In this document: one piece after another, positions 1 through 8,608 of the stretch
Numbering within the stretch: the stretch's first letter is position 1
Layout: every line of letters starts with the position of its first letter
Source: Bacillota bacterium
GTDB lineage: Bacteria; Bacillota; Sulfobacillia; UBA3575; DUQP01
Length of the DNA stretch: 63,499 bases
Direction: 5' to 3'
Assembly: GCA_012837735.1 (NCBI GenBank)
Contig: DUQP01000042.1
Location: forward strand, 1 to 63,499
Program-made: the position numbers and the translations under genes
Notes under the pieces: generated by a model
Told to the model about the DNA's origin: nothing
Seen by the model: only the letters and a program-made list of their open reading frames with translations
Databases searched by the model: none

Positions 1-1
1 C

Positions 2-100
2 CATAAACGAGCACTCGCACTCACTGCCAGGAAATTTGTCAGATTGGTTTACGCATTGCTGCGTGACCAACGACTATACTCCCCGCCAAGGGTAAGGTAA
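2..100 (+). mobile_element. 3' end of an IS110-family (DEDD-type) transposase gene; the 5' part lies outside the window
   Basis: Frame 2 reads HKRALALTARKFVRLVYALLRDQRLYSPPRVR-stop. The ARK(L/F)xRxxYAxLRD tail is typical of IS110/IS1111 transposase C-termini. Too short to appear in the ORF track. Confidence 0.55.
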
Positions 101-299
101 TTTCTACCTCCCAAGGTACTTTAAAACCTGTTTCCAGTGAAAAGGAGCAGGTTAAGTTTGCTATGCTCTTTTTTCACAATTTAAGAATATTTATGAATTT
201 TCAAAGTTCATTTCTATTTTAGGTCTTGACATTTAACCGCTGAACTTATTTTTAACAATCCATTTAATGAATTGCTTATCCTCTCAGCTGTTTCTCGGC

Positions 300-321
300 G
301 TAAATGACATATGTCATTTAC
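300..321. repeat. Perfect 22-bp palindrome GTAAATGACATATGTCATTTAC
   Basis: The reverse complement is identical to the sequence itself. Confidence 0.9.
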
Positions 322-361
322 ATCTTATATTATATCCCGATTCTGATATGGCAATAACTAT

Positions 362-401
362 TTTAAAAAATACGCCAATCAAGAATTTTTCTCGATTGGC
401 G
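362..401 (-). terminator. Rho-independent terminator-like hairpin (minus orientation)
   Basis: 8-bp stem CGCCAATC / GATTGGCG (373-380 / 394-401), followed on the minus strand by TATTTTTT. Confidence 0.5.
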
Positions 402-410
402 GCAATCTAA

Positions 411-848
411 TTATAATCCTATAGCCACCGGAGCCTGCAGTTTATTGCGGTACCGCCACGGATCGGCAGCAGCCAGGATGGGCCGCACCAGGGAAGCGTC
501 TAAGCCGCCAATGCGGGCAATAGCATCCCGCACCAGCTGCTCCTTCCAACGCAACTGAGCGGGGTAGGACAGATGCTGGAGCTGACAACCCCCACAAGTC
601 CCGAACAACCCGCACGGCGGCGCCACCCGGTCCGGACTGGCGACCAGCAGGCGTTCCAACTGCCCGCGGGCGTAGCGCTTTTTCACCTCAGTGATGCGCA
701 CCTCGGCCTGATCGCCGGGCACGGCCCCGGACACGAACACCACCAAACCCTGGTGGCGACCCAAACCTTCCCCACCCTGGCCAAGTCCAGTGATTGGTAA
801 CGTAATCAAATCGCCGGAAACCGGCCTGGCCTGTTCAAGTCCCATCAT
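411..848 (-). pseudogene. rlmD: 5' fragment (145 codons) of a 23S rRNA (uracil-5)-methyltransferase of the RlmD/RumA family: TRAM domain plus Fe-S cysteine cluster only, SAM-methyltransferase domain missing
   Basis: TRAM-like N-terminus (GEGLGRHQGLVVFVSGAVPGDQAEVRITEVKKRYARG), the CGLFGTCGGCQLQH cluster motif and WRYRNK. Full-length family members are about 450 aa. The frame runs straight into the AT-rich tail. Confidence 0.7.
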
Positions 849-861
849 ACCACCCCCTGCC

Positions 862-1947
862 CTATAGCTCTGGCATCACCAGCACGGGTTTGATTGTTTC
901 GCCCGTCAAGGCATCATGCACAGCCTGATTTATCTCTTGCCACGGATAAAACCTGATCACGTGTTGCAACGGGAACTCACCGGCCAGATACCAATCAATC
1001 AACTGCGGAATGAAAACCTGCGGGATGCTGTCCCCCTCCACCACCTCTGAGATCGTCAGGGTGGCGGTGTGGGACGGATCCAGGCCGTCCAGGGCCGGGC
1101 ACTCACTGACATAAGCCAGGTGCCCGCCGGGCTGCAGGGCAGCAGCTGCCTGGTGGCCCACTTCCGCTTTCCCGGAGGCCTCCACAGCATACTGCACTCC
1201 GCCGAGGCGCCGGATCTCGTCCACCACGTCAACCTGCCGGGCATGGAAAGCGTGCGTCGCCCCCAATTCCCGGGCCAATTGCAATCGGTGCGCATGGATA
1301 TCAGCGGCAATGATCACCCCGCAGCCGGCCAGCCTGGCCGCCATCACTGCACTTAAACCCACCGCCCCGGCCCCAAGAACAGCTACACTCGCCCCCGGAT
1401 CAGGAGCAAACACGTTCAGAACCGTGCCGGCCCCCGTTTGCACCCCACAGCCCAATGGTGCCAGCACCCGCAGGTCAAGCCCTTTGTCCACCTTGACCAG
1501 GTTGTTGACATGCACCACCGCATGGGTAGCAAAGGACGACTGCCCGAAGAAGACCGACAGCTCCCGCCCATTTTGCTGCAGACGGGTTGTTCCGTCCGCC
1601 AGGCGGCCGCCAAAGTTCAATTCATAGAACCCCTGACAGGCAAAGGGGCGACCATCCAGACAGGGAAGGCAACGGCCGCAATAAGCATACCCCAGCAGCA
1701 CGGGATCACCCGGGGACACCCGGGTCACCCCCGGCCCCACCCGCTCCACGATTCCCGCCCCCTCGTGCCCCAACACGGCCGGAAACGGGAAAGCATAATG
1801 CTGGCGCTGGACATGGATATCAGTGTGGCAGACACCGCAGGCCACGATTCTAACCAGCACCTCTTCCGCCCGCGGTTCCGCCAGAGTGACCGGTTCAATC
1901 TGAAAATCATCATCGGCATGATGGACAACCGCCGCCAGGATCTCCAT
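862..1947 (-). CDS. Zinc-dependent (MDR family) alcohol dehydrogenase, aryl/benzyl-alcohol dehydrogenase-like
   Basis: Motifs GVCHTDIH, GHEGAGIVERVG and a GAGAVG Rossmann loop. The start is moved to MEILAAV (ATG 1947), which has an AGGTGG RBS upstream. The ORF-track N-terminal extension is discarded. Confidence 0.85.
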   Translation of the reverse strand: MEILAAVVHHADDDFQIEPVTLAEPRAEEVLVRIVACGVCHTDIHVQRQHYAFPFPAVLGHEGAGIVERVGPGVTRVSPGDPVLLGYAYCGRCLPCLDGRPFACQGFYELNFGGRLADGTTRLQQNGRELSVFFGQSSFATHAVVHVNNLVKVDKGLDLRVLAPLGCGVQTGAGTVLNVFAPDPGASVAVLGAGAVGLSAVMAARLAGCGVIIAADIHAHRLQLARELGATHAFHARQVDVVDEIRRLGGVQYAVEASGKAEVGHQAAAALQPGGHLAYVSECPALDGLDPSHTATLTISEVVEGDSIPQVFIPQLIDWYLAGEFPLQHVIRFYPWQEINQAVHDALTGETIKPVLVMPEL

Positions 1948-2052
1948 GTCCGCACCACCTTCATTTTTAGACAATTCTTTTCGCGCAAAGCTTCTCCCTA
2001 CCTGCCACACAAAAATGGCAGGCCAATTCGGCCTGCCCAAAAATACTACGCG

Positions 2053-3987
2053 CTATAACTGCCGGGCCACCGCTAAACCGGGTGATTCGCCTTTTTGCGG
2101 TACCGCCCCCGTCCACAGCACCCGCATCGAGTTCAGGATCGCCACCACCGCCACCCCCACATCGGCGATTACCGCCTGCCACAGGGTGGCCATTCCGAAC
2201 GCCCCCAGCACCAACACCAATCCTTTTATGGAAAGCGCCAAGGCGATATTCTGCCAGACAATCCAGCGCGTCCGCCGGGCAATCCTGATCGCGGTCCCCA
2301 AGCTAGCTGGCTCGTCCGTCATGATCGTCACATCCGCCGCTTCAATGGCCGCGTCCGCACCCAGTCCGCCCATGACCACCCCGACATCGGCGCGCGCCAG
2401 CACCGGCGCATCGTTGAGCCCATCGCCGACAAACACCAGCGTCCCCTTCCCCTTGTGACGGACAATCTCCTCGATCCGCGCCACCTTGTCCTGGGGTAGC
2501 AACTCGGCGTAATACCCATCCAGGGGCAGCTGCTCCGCCACCTGGGCGGCCACAGCTTGACGGTCACCGGTCATCATCACCAGATGTTTCACACCCAGTT
2601 TCTTCAGATCCTGCAGGGCAGAGGCGGCATCCGCCTTTAGTTCATCGGCGATCACCACATGACCCGCATATTGGCCATCGATGGCCACATGCACCACCGT
2701 GCCGGGTACCTCCTGCCGCTGCCACATGACGCCGTTCTCTCTCATCAACCTGCCGGTGCCAGCCAAAATGGTGTGCCCGGCTGTCTCCACCTGCACCCCC
2801 CGCCCGGGCAGTTCGGTAAAGCTATTGATCCGCTCCCGGGGGATCTCCTGGCCGTAGGCGGTCAAAATGGACCGGGCGATCGGGTGGTTGGAGTAAGCTT
2901 CCGCCCAGGCCGCTGCCTCCAACACCTGTTCCCGCGTATAATCAGGGGCCGGCACCACGGATGTCACCGTGAAGACCCCCTTCGTCAGCGTGCCAGTCTT
3001 GTCGAACACGGCCCAGGTGACATTATGGAGAGCCTCCAGGTAATTGCTGCCCTTAATCAAAATGCCGCTCCGGGAGGCACCGCCCAAACCGCCGAAAAAC
3101 CCCAACGGAATCGAGGCCACCAGCGCACAGGGGCACGAAACGGCCAGAAACACCAGCGCCCGGTAAAGCCAGTCAAAAAACGCCGCCCCCGGCAACAGCA
3201 AAGGCGGAATAACGGCTAAAGCGGCCGCCACCGCCACCACTGCCGGCGTGTACCAGCGGGCAAACTTAGTGATGAACTGCTCGGTGCGGGCTTTGCAGCT
3301 GCCCGCCTCCTTCATCAAGGCCAGGATCTTGCTCACCGTGGCCTGCGCAAACTCCCTGCTCACTTGCAGCTGCAACAGTCCGCTGATGTTCACGGACCCG
3401 CTCAACACCTCATCCCCCGCCCGCACATACCGCGGCATCGACTCGCCCGTCAGGGCAGCAGTGTCCAGCGTTGATTCACCGCCCGTGACCAGCCCGTCAA
3501 GCGGAACCCGCTCACCCGGCTTCACTATGATCACGTCACCGACCGCCACCTGCGCCGGGTCCACCTGGACGATATCCTGCCCTTGCCTCAGATTGGCGTA
3601 ATCCGGTTTGATATCCAACAGCGCCTGAATCGAACGCCGGGAACGATCCACAGCGGCATCCTCAAACTGCTCCCCGATTTGATAGAACAGCATCACCGCC
3701 ACCGCTTCCGGGTAGTGCCCGATCGCAAACGCGCCCACACTGGCGATCGTCATCAGGAAGTGCTCGTCAAGCACCTGCCCGGCGGTGATATTGCGCACCG
3801 CGCGCAACAGGACCCCACCGCCGATTAACAGGTAGCTGGCCCCATACCAGGCCAGCGCCCCGGGGGGAGAAAACAACAACACAATAATCAATATGGCGGT
3901 TCCGGCACCCAGGCGGGCCCATTTCCACCAGGGCAACTCTGTCTTTGCGTTCTCTTGTGCATTCGGTTCAACATAGCATTCGGCCAT
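2053..3987 (-). CDS. cadA: Heavy-metal (Cd/Zn/Co-type) translocating P1B-type ATPase without an N-terminal HMA domain
   Basis: CPC motif (SCPCALV), DKTGTLT, TGD and GDGLNDAP. Lies immediately downstream of a CadC-like repressor gene. Start placed at MAECYV, which has a GAGGGA RBS. Metal specificity is not determinable by eye. Confidence 0.85.
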   Translation of the reverse strand: MAECYVEPNAQENAKTELPWWKWARLGAGTAILIIVLLFSPPGALAWYGASYLLIGGGVLLRAVRNITAGQVLDEHFLMTIASVGAFAIGHYPEAVAVMLFYQIGEQFEDAAVDRSRRSIQALLDIKPDYANLRQGQDIVQVDPAQVAVGDVIIVKPGERVPLDGLVTGGESTLDTAALTGESMPRYVRAGDEVLSGSVNISGLLQLQVSREFAQATVSKILALMKEAGSCKARTEQFITKFARWYTPAVVAVAAALAVIPPLLLPGAAFFDWLYRALVFLAVSCPCALVASIPLGFFGGLGGASRSGILIKGSNYLEALHNVTWAVFDKTGTLTKGVFTVTSVVPAPDYTREQVLEAAAWAEAYSNHPIARSILTAYGQEIPRERINSFTELPGRGVQVETAGHTILAGTGRLMRENGVMWQRQEVPGTVVHVAIDGQYAGHVVIADELKADAASALQDLKKLGVKHLVMMTGDRQAVAAQVAEQLPLDGYYAELLPQDKVARIEEIVRHKGKGTLVFVGDGLNDAPVLARADVGVVMGGLGADAAIEAADVTIMTDEPASLGTAIRIARRTRWIVWQNIALALSIKGLVLVLGAFGMATLWQAVIADVGVAVVAILNSMRVLWTGAVPQKGESPGLAVARQL

Positions 3988-4020
3988 CCTGATCCCTCTT
4001 TCTGCAATCATAATCTAATC

Positions 4021-4380
4021 TCATATGTGGCGAATATGGGCCAGGCCCTGCGCTAACAGATTAGTGATGTGGTCATCGTCCAGGGAATAAAAGACCAGCT
4101 TGCCCTCCTTGCGCCCTTTCACCAGGCGCAGCGTGCGCAGCAAACGCAGCTGGTGGGAGATCGCCGACTGGGTCATGCCGAGCGCCGCACCCAGATCGCA
4201 GACGCACAGCTCGCATTCGGAAAGCGCTTGCAAAATCCTGATCCGGGTCGGATTGCCCAACGTTTTAAATATTTCCGCCAGCCCCGTAATCTCCTCTGCG
4301 GATAAGGCATGGCGTTTCACTCTGATCACGTTTTCGGTATGTATGCAGCGCACCGCACAGACACTGGGATCGTTGCTCAT
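4021..4380 (-). CDS. cadC: ArsR/SmtB-family metalloregulator, CadC-like (alpha3N site)
   Basis: ELCVCDLG in helix alpha3 plus an N-terminal CAVRC pair, as in CadC. HTH segment MTQSAISHQLRLLR. Start set at MSNDPS (ATG 4380, RBS AAGGTGA) because the upstream ATG at 4413 sits inside the operator palindrome. Confidence 0.8.
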   Translation of the reverse strand: MSNDPSVCAVRCIHTENVIRVKRHALSAEEITGLAEIFKTLGNPTRIRILQALSECELCVCDLGAALGMTQSAISHQLRLLRTLRLVKGRKEGKLVFYSLDDDHITNLLAQGLAHIRHI

Positions 4381-4395
4381 CAAATCACCTTCGTT

Positions 4396-4415
4396 ATATG
4401 AATGATTGTTCATAT
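4396..4415 (-). promoter_or_regulatory. Candidate CadC/ArsR operator: inverted repeat ATATGAA-N6-TTCATAT
   Basis: 7-6-7 inverted repeat read directly from the sequence, located between a candidate promoter and the cadC RBS. Confidence 0.5.
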
Positions 4416-4425
4416 GTTCTATTAA

Positions 4426-4454
4426 ATATTATCATGCCGATGGCAAGTTGAAAA
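4426..4454 (-). promoter_or_regulatory. Candidate sigma-A promoter of cadC-cadA (TTTTCA-17-TAATAT)
   Basis: On the minus strand: TTTTCA, a 17-nt spacer ending in TGA, then TAATAT, just upstream of the operator palindrome. Confidence 0.4.
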
Positions 4455-4526
4455 GAATCATAAAGTTGGTATTCCTTCCCGCCGGTGGCGTAAGTTATGG
4501 AGGAAGACGATAGGAGGGGAAACGCC

Positions 4527-4646
4527 ATGTTAAGTGTGTTATTGCCAATGGGCCTTACTATTTTGCTGATGGCCTGGAACGGATTTTGTTTGCGCGTCCT
4601 GTTGCGCCACCTGGGCAGGGCCCAGCGGCAAAAAGCCCCCGCTTGA
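4527..4646 (+). CDS. Possible 39-aa hydrophobic peptide (MLSVLLPMGLTILLMAWNGFCLRVLLRHLGRAQRQKAPA)
   Basis: ATG preceded by TAGGAGGGG at about 7 nt. One predicted TM helix followed by a basic tail. Below the ORF-track size cut-off and with no family recognised. Confidence 0.3.
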   Translation: MLSVLLPMGLTILLMAWNGFCLRVLLRHLGRAQRQKAPA

Positions 4647-4725
4647 TCCCCAGCCCCTTGACAGCCATCCCCGGCTGGTGTAGAAAGGAAACGACAGCGG
4701 ACAAGCATAAAGGCGGTGGCTTATC

Positions 4726-5148
4726 ATGCCCAAGATCATTACCAGAGACAACATTGCCGATTACCTGCAGGATGGCGCCCTGATATTACCGGCAGACGCC
4801 GTGGTGACCACAGAAGCGCAGGCCTGGGCGGCCCAGCAGGGCTATACCCTGCCGAAACCGGACCCGTCCCAGGACCCACAGCGGGCCGTGGTCTCGGTGC
4901 TGGGCAAAGACCGGGTCGGCATCATCGCCGGGGTGGCAAACGTATTGGCCGATCATAACGTCAACATCCTGGACATCAGCCAAACCACCATGCAGGGATT
5001 CTTCACGATGATCATGTTGGTGGATATCAAAGGCTGCACGATTAGTTTCGCAGCACTAAACAAACGCTTAGCGGAACGCGGCCATGAATTGGGCGTCAGG
5101 ATATCCGCCCAGCGCGAAGAAGTCTTTCATTACATGCACCGCATCTGA
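4726..5148 (+). CDS. ACT-domain protein of the UPF0237 family with an extra N-terminal module of about 50 aa
   Basis: The C-terminal 90 aa (AVVSVLGKDRVGIIAGVANVLADHNVNILDISQTTMQGFFTMIMLV...) match the UPF0237 ACT proteins that always pair with UPF0210. The N-terminal KIITRDNIADYLQDGALILPADAVVTTEAQAWAAQQGYTL is additional. Confidence 0.8.
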   Translation: MPKIITRDNIADYLQDGALILPADAVVTTEAQAWAAQQGYTLPKPDPSQDPQRAVVSVLGKDRVGIIAGVANVLADHNVNILDISQTTMQGFFTMIMLVDIKGCTISFAALNKRLAERGHELGVRISAQREEVFHYMHRI

Positions 5149-5163
5149 CCGGGGGGATGAATC

Positions 5164-6525
5164 GTGCCGCTGAGCCCGAGCGAAATTCTGGAAACCATCA
5201 AGATGGTGGCGACGGAGAACCTGGATGTGCGCACCGTGACGATGGGGATCAGCCTGCAGGACTGCGTCCACCCGGACCCGGAGGCCCTGCAAGAACGCAT
5301 CTACAACAAAATCGTGCGCTACGCCGGCCGGCTGGTTCCGGTCTGCCAGGAAATCGAAGCGGAATATGGGATCCCGATCATCAACAAACGGGTGGCCATC
5401 ACGCCCGTGGCCCTGATCTCCCAGACCGGACAGGTTGACCACGTGGCCCTGGCCAGGACGTTGGATGAAGCTGCCCAAGAGGTGGGAGTGGATTTCCTGG
5501 GCGGCTTTTCCGCTTTAGTGCACAAAGGCTTCACCAAAGGTGACCGGCGATTATTGGAAGCGATCCCGGAAGCCCTGGCAGTCACGGAACGGGTCTGCTC
5601 TTCAATCAATGTCGCCTCCACCAGGGCCGGCATCAACATGGACGCCGTGCAGGCTGTGGGGATGGCAGTGGTGGAGACCGCCCAGCGCACAGCCGACCGG
5701 GACGGCATCGGCTGTGCCAAGCTGGTGGCGTTTGCCAATGCCCCGGAGGACAACCCGTTCATGGCCGGCGGCTTCCACGGCGTCGGTGAGCCGGAAGCCG
5801 TCATCAACGTGGGGGTGAGCGGCCCCGGTGTCGTGCACACAGCGGTGCAAAAACTGGGCTCGGCGGCCGATCTCGGCCAGGTGGCCGACACCGTCAAAAA
5901 GACCGCCTTCAAAATTACCCGCATGGGTGAATTGGTGGGAAGACTGGCCTCCCAGCGGCTAGGCGTGCGCTTTGGCATCGTCGATCTTTCCCTGGCTCCC
6001 ACCCCGACGATCGGCGACAGTATTGCCAACATCCTGGAGGCCATGGGGCTGGAGCGCTGCGGCGCCCACGGCACCACAGCCGCATTGGCCCTGCTGAATG
6101 ATGCCGTGAAAAAAGGCGGGGCCATGGCCAGTTCCCACGTGGGGGGATTGAGCGGCGCCTTCATCCCGGTCAGCGAGGATGCCGGGATGGTGGCCGCCGT
6201 GCAAGCAGGCGCATTGACATTCGATAAACTGGAGGCGATGACCAGTGTCTGCTCGGTGGGCCTGGACATGATCGCCATCCCGGGCGATACGCCGGCCGAA
6301 ACAATTGCCGCCATCATTGCCGATGAAGCAGCGATCGGGGTGGTGAATAACAAGACCACCGCCGTGCGGGTGATCCCCGCCCCGGGGAAGACAGCCGGGG
6401 AGTGGGTGGAATTCGGCGGGCTATTAGGCCGGGCCCCGGTGTTGCCCGTCAGCGGCTTCTGTTCAGCCTCTTTCGTCCGCAGAGGTGGGCAGATCCCGGC
6501 CCCGATTAATAGCCTGCGCAACTAG
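5164..6525 (+). CDS. UPF0210 (DUF711) family protein, function unknown
   Basis: Family-typical blocks along the whole length: [88 protein letters not shown] start with a GGGGGGA RBS. Confidence 0.9.
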   Translation: MPLSPSEILETIKMVATENLDVRTVTMGISLQDCVHPDPEALQERIYNKIVRYAGRLVPVCQEIEAEYGIPIINKRVAITPVALISQTGQVDHVALARTLDEAAQEVGVDFLGGFSALVHKGFTKGDRRLLEAIPEALAVTERVCSSINVASTRAGINMDAVQAVGMAVVETAQRTADRDGIGCAKLVAFANAPEDNPFMAGGFHGVGEPEAVINVGVSGPGVVHTAVQKLGSAADLGQVADTVKKTAFKITRMGELVGRLASQRLGVRFGIVDLSLAPTPTIGDSIANILEAMGLERCGAHGTTAALALLNDAVKKGGAMASSHVGGLSGAFIPVSEDAGMVAAVQAGALTFDKLEAMTSVCSVGLDMIAIPGDTPAETIAAIIADEAAIGVVNNKTTAVRVIPAPGKTAGEWVEFGGLLGRAPVLPVSGFCSASFVRRGGQIPAPINSLRN

Positions 6526-6721
6526 GAGTAGTACCGATAGGTCTGTTTTGGCCCTGCCCAACTTCAAAACCGTACCACATCTGCCATTGTATTACGCGGT
6601 CGTATTCCTGTTGGCCGCCCTCGGTCTGCCCTGGATCATTTGGCTCACCGCTGACAGACCATTCGGTTTTATCGCCGGGAGCGCCACCAACTATGAAAAC
6701 CGACACCGCTTTGCTAAATTC

Positions 6722-6995
6722 CTATAGACCAGATTCCGCCATCATCACCAGCCGGTAGTTTCCCACCGCGTCCCGGGCATAGACGCGGGCCGAACTATGT
6801 TCCCATTCCCTGCTCAGCAGGCAAATCTCCAGCAGGCCATCGCCGTTCAAATCATAAACACCGAGCAAATCCAGAAAGTAGAAAGCCGCCCAGAAAGAAA
6901 TAGCGCGCCTGATCGACAGCGCCGGTATCCAAGCACCCAGCCGTGACCAAAATAATTGCTACCAGTAGCGCCAGCAATCGCAATTGCCTGCCCAT
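6722..6995 (-). pseudogene. Possible frameshifted small lipoprotein gene
   Basis: Frame 1: MGRQLRLLALLVAIILVTAGC (signal peptide plus lipobox), stopping after 47 codons. The adjacent frame stays open to 6722 and reads ...FYFLDLLGVYDLNGDGLLEICLLSREWEHSSARVYARDAVGNYRLVMMAESGL. The two frames overlap around a T/C-rich run. Confidence 0.3.
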
Positions 6996-7117
6996 GCTCC
7001 CTTGCCCCTTTACTGGCTTTGGAAATGGGTTTCTAGCCGTTGGCTAGTAATCCTCTGGCAGGGATGGCCAGCTGCGTAAAGAAATTTCTTTGCAAAATGA
7101 ATTGAGGAGCGATCACA

Positions 7118-7681
7118 TTGCCAAATGACGTACTCAAGTGCATAAAAAGCCGCAGGAGCATCCGCGCCTACCGGCCCGATCAGATCACAGAGCAAGAGCT
7201 GCAGGCCGTTTTGGAGGCCGGGCTTTATGCGCCAAGCGCCATGAACCAGCAGTCATGGCATTTCACAGTCATCCAGAACCGCGCCCTCCTGCAGCAAATG
7301 AGCGAGGAAACAAAGGCCCACCTGCTGAACAGCGGCTTCCCGCGCTACCGGCGCCTGCTGACCAACCCGGAATACAGCGTCTTTCACCACGCCCCCACCG
7401 CCGTGATCATCAGCGGAGTTGAGGATGCCATTGACCCGCGGGCCGATTGCGCGGCGGCGGCCCAGAATATGTTGCTCGCCGCCGAATCACTCCACCTGGC
7501 TTCATGCTGGGTGAATATGCCCATTTACCTGTTCCGAGCGGAAAACGGCCCGGAGTGGGGAAAAAGACTTGGCATCCCATCATGCTACAAACCATTGTAC
7601 GGGGTGGTGCTCGGCTACAAAACTGACAAACCGGCCAAAACCCATCCCCGCAAAGAAAACACCATCAATTACATCCGATAA
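7118..7681 (+). CDS. Nitroreductase family protein (FMN-dependent)
   Basis: IKSRRSIRAYRPDQITEQELQAVLEAGLYAPSAMNQQSWHFTVIQN is a classic nitroreductase N-terminus. TTG start with a GAGGAG RBS 8 nt upstream. Confidence 0.85.
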   Translation: MPNDVLKCIKSRRSIRAYRPDQITEQELQAVLEAGLYAPSAMNQQSWHFTVIQNRALLQQMSEETKAHLLNSGFPRYRRLLTNPEYSVFHHAPTAVIISGVEDAIDPRADCAAAAQNMLLAAESLHLASCWVNMPIYLFRAENGPEWGKRLGIPSCYKPLYGVVLGYKTDKPAKTHPRKENTINYIR

Positions 7682-7682
7682 C

Positions 7683-7714
7683 AAAAAGCGGGCCCGGCTA
7701 CGGACCCGCTTTTC
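7683..7714. terminator. Bidirectional rho-independent terminator between the nitroreductase gene and ridA
   Basis: AAAAAGCGGGCCCGGCTACGGACCCGCTTTT: a GC stem flanked by an A-run and a T-run. Confidence 0.75.
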
Positions 7715-7716
7715 AT

Positions 7717-8079
7717 TTACCTGGCCACGATCAAATCGATCTCCACGCGCGCCCTTTTTTTCGCCAGCCCGCAGACCCCTACGCAGGAACGACTTGGTTT
7801 CACGCCCTCTGGGAAATACTTCATGTACACCTCGTTCATCTGCTTGAACAGACTCATATCGGTCAGGAAGACCGTTGCCTTCACCACATCCTGATAACCA
7901 AGACCAGCGGCCTGCAAGATCTCGCCCAGCTGATCCATCACCTGGGTGACCTCCGCGCGGAAATCCTCAGGCGGATCCTTGGCCAGCTGGCCGGATACGA
8001 AAACCAGATTACCGATATCAACAGCCTGGGAAAACATCGGCACGGACGGGACAGCGTCAGTGTAGACCTCTTTTTTCAT
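7717..8079 (-). CDS. ridA: RidA/YjgF/TdcF family reactive-intermediate deaminase
   Basis: 120 aa. FSQAVDIGNLVFVSGQLA..., ATVFLTDMSLFKQMNEVY and RSCVGVCGLAKKRARVEIDLIVA fit the Rid family. Confidence 0.8.
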   Translation of the reverse strand: MKKEVYTDAVPSVPMFSQAVDIGNLVFVSGQLAKDPPEDFRAEVTQVMDQLGEILQAAGLGYQDVVKATVFLTDMSLFKQMNEVYMKYFPEGVKPSRSCVGVCGLAKKRARVEIDLIVAR

Positions 8080-8294
8080 CTTATCCCTCCTGGAAAATCA
8101 TTTTTGCCGGTTCCGGTCACCGGGTATTGGCCAGAGAAAGGTTCGCTTCCGTGGGGAAAATATTATCCAGATGATGGCAAACACCTGCAGATTGGGCACA
8201 ATTCGCCGTCCTTTTTCAAATACCCGCCGATGTTGAGTAAGCCTTGCTTTTACTCACCTTCTGGCTTATATTCAACTTATGTATACGAATAATC

Positions 8295-8582
8295 GGCATA
8301 GCCATGGGCAGTGGGACGGATGTGGCAATCGAGACTTCCGATATCGTCCTGATGAATTCAGATTTCAGCCACCTGCCCCACGCATTGGGGCTAACGAAAG
8401 CCACGGCCGGCAACATGCGCCAAAACATACTGATCGCAGTGGGAGTGGTACTGGTATTGCTGGCCAGCGTGTTCTTGAGCGAATGGATGAACATGTCCAT
8501 CGGTATGCTGGCCCATGAAGCCAGTATATTAGTCGTCATACTAAACGGAATAAGATTGCTGCGATACCGATTAAGCTGGTGA
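8295..8582 (+). pseudogene. 3' fragment of a heavy-metal P-type ATPase gene (last ~95 codons only)
   Basis: GIAMGSGTDVAIETSDIVLMNSDFSHLPHALGLTKATAGNMRQNILIAVGVV...LNGIRLL is the region following the GDGxNDxP hinge motif plus the last two TM helices. Everything upstream of it (including the hinge motif itself) is absent. The DNA is low in GC. Confidence 0.75.
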
Positions 8583-8608
8583 ATAAATTCCAAAAGGAGA
8601 GAGGAACG

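Larger units (their letters stand above)
101..418. other. AT-rich non-coding tail, probably the downstream end of the inserted element or other foreign DNA
   Basis: Visibly AT-rich against the GC-rich flanks, with no credible ORF. It abuts the point where the rlmD-like reading frame loses homology. Confidence 0.4.

Noticed and set aside
4394-4708. 104-aa minus-strand ORF in the cadC to ACT intergenic region
   Set aside because: It would run through the cadC promoter and operator and has no RBS or family resemblance.
5319-6521. 400-aa ORF antisense to the UPF0210 gene
   Set aside because: It mirrors a strongly supported gene on the other strand. The product is low-complexity and rich in Ala, Pro, Ser and Thr, as expected for shadow ORFs in GC-rich DNA, and there is no RBS.
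6485-6727. 80-aa plus-strand ORF overlapping the UPF0210 3' end
   Set aside because: Its first ~14 codons overlap the UPF0210 3' end (out of frame with it). An internal TTG version would give a ~60-aa hydrophobic peptide but has no convincing RBS. Left unannotated as unsupported.
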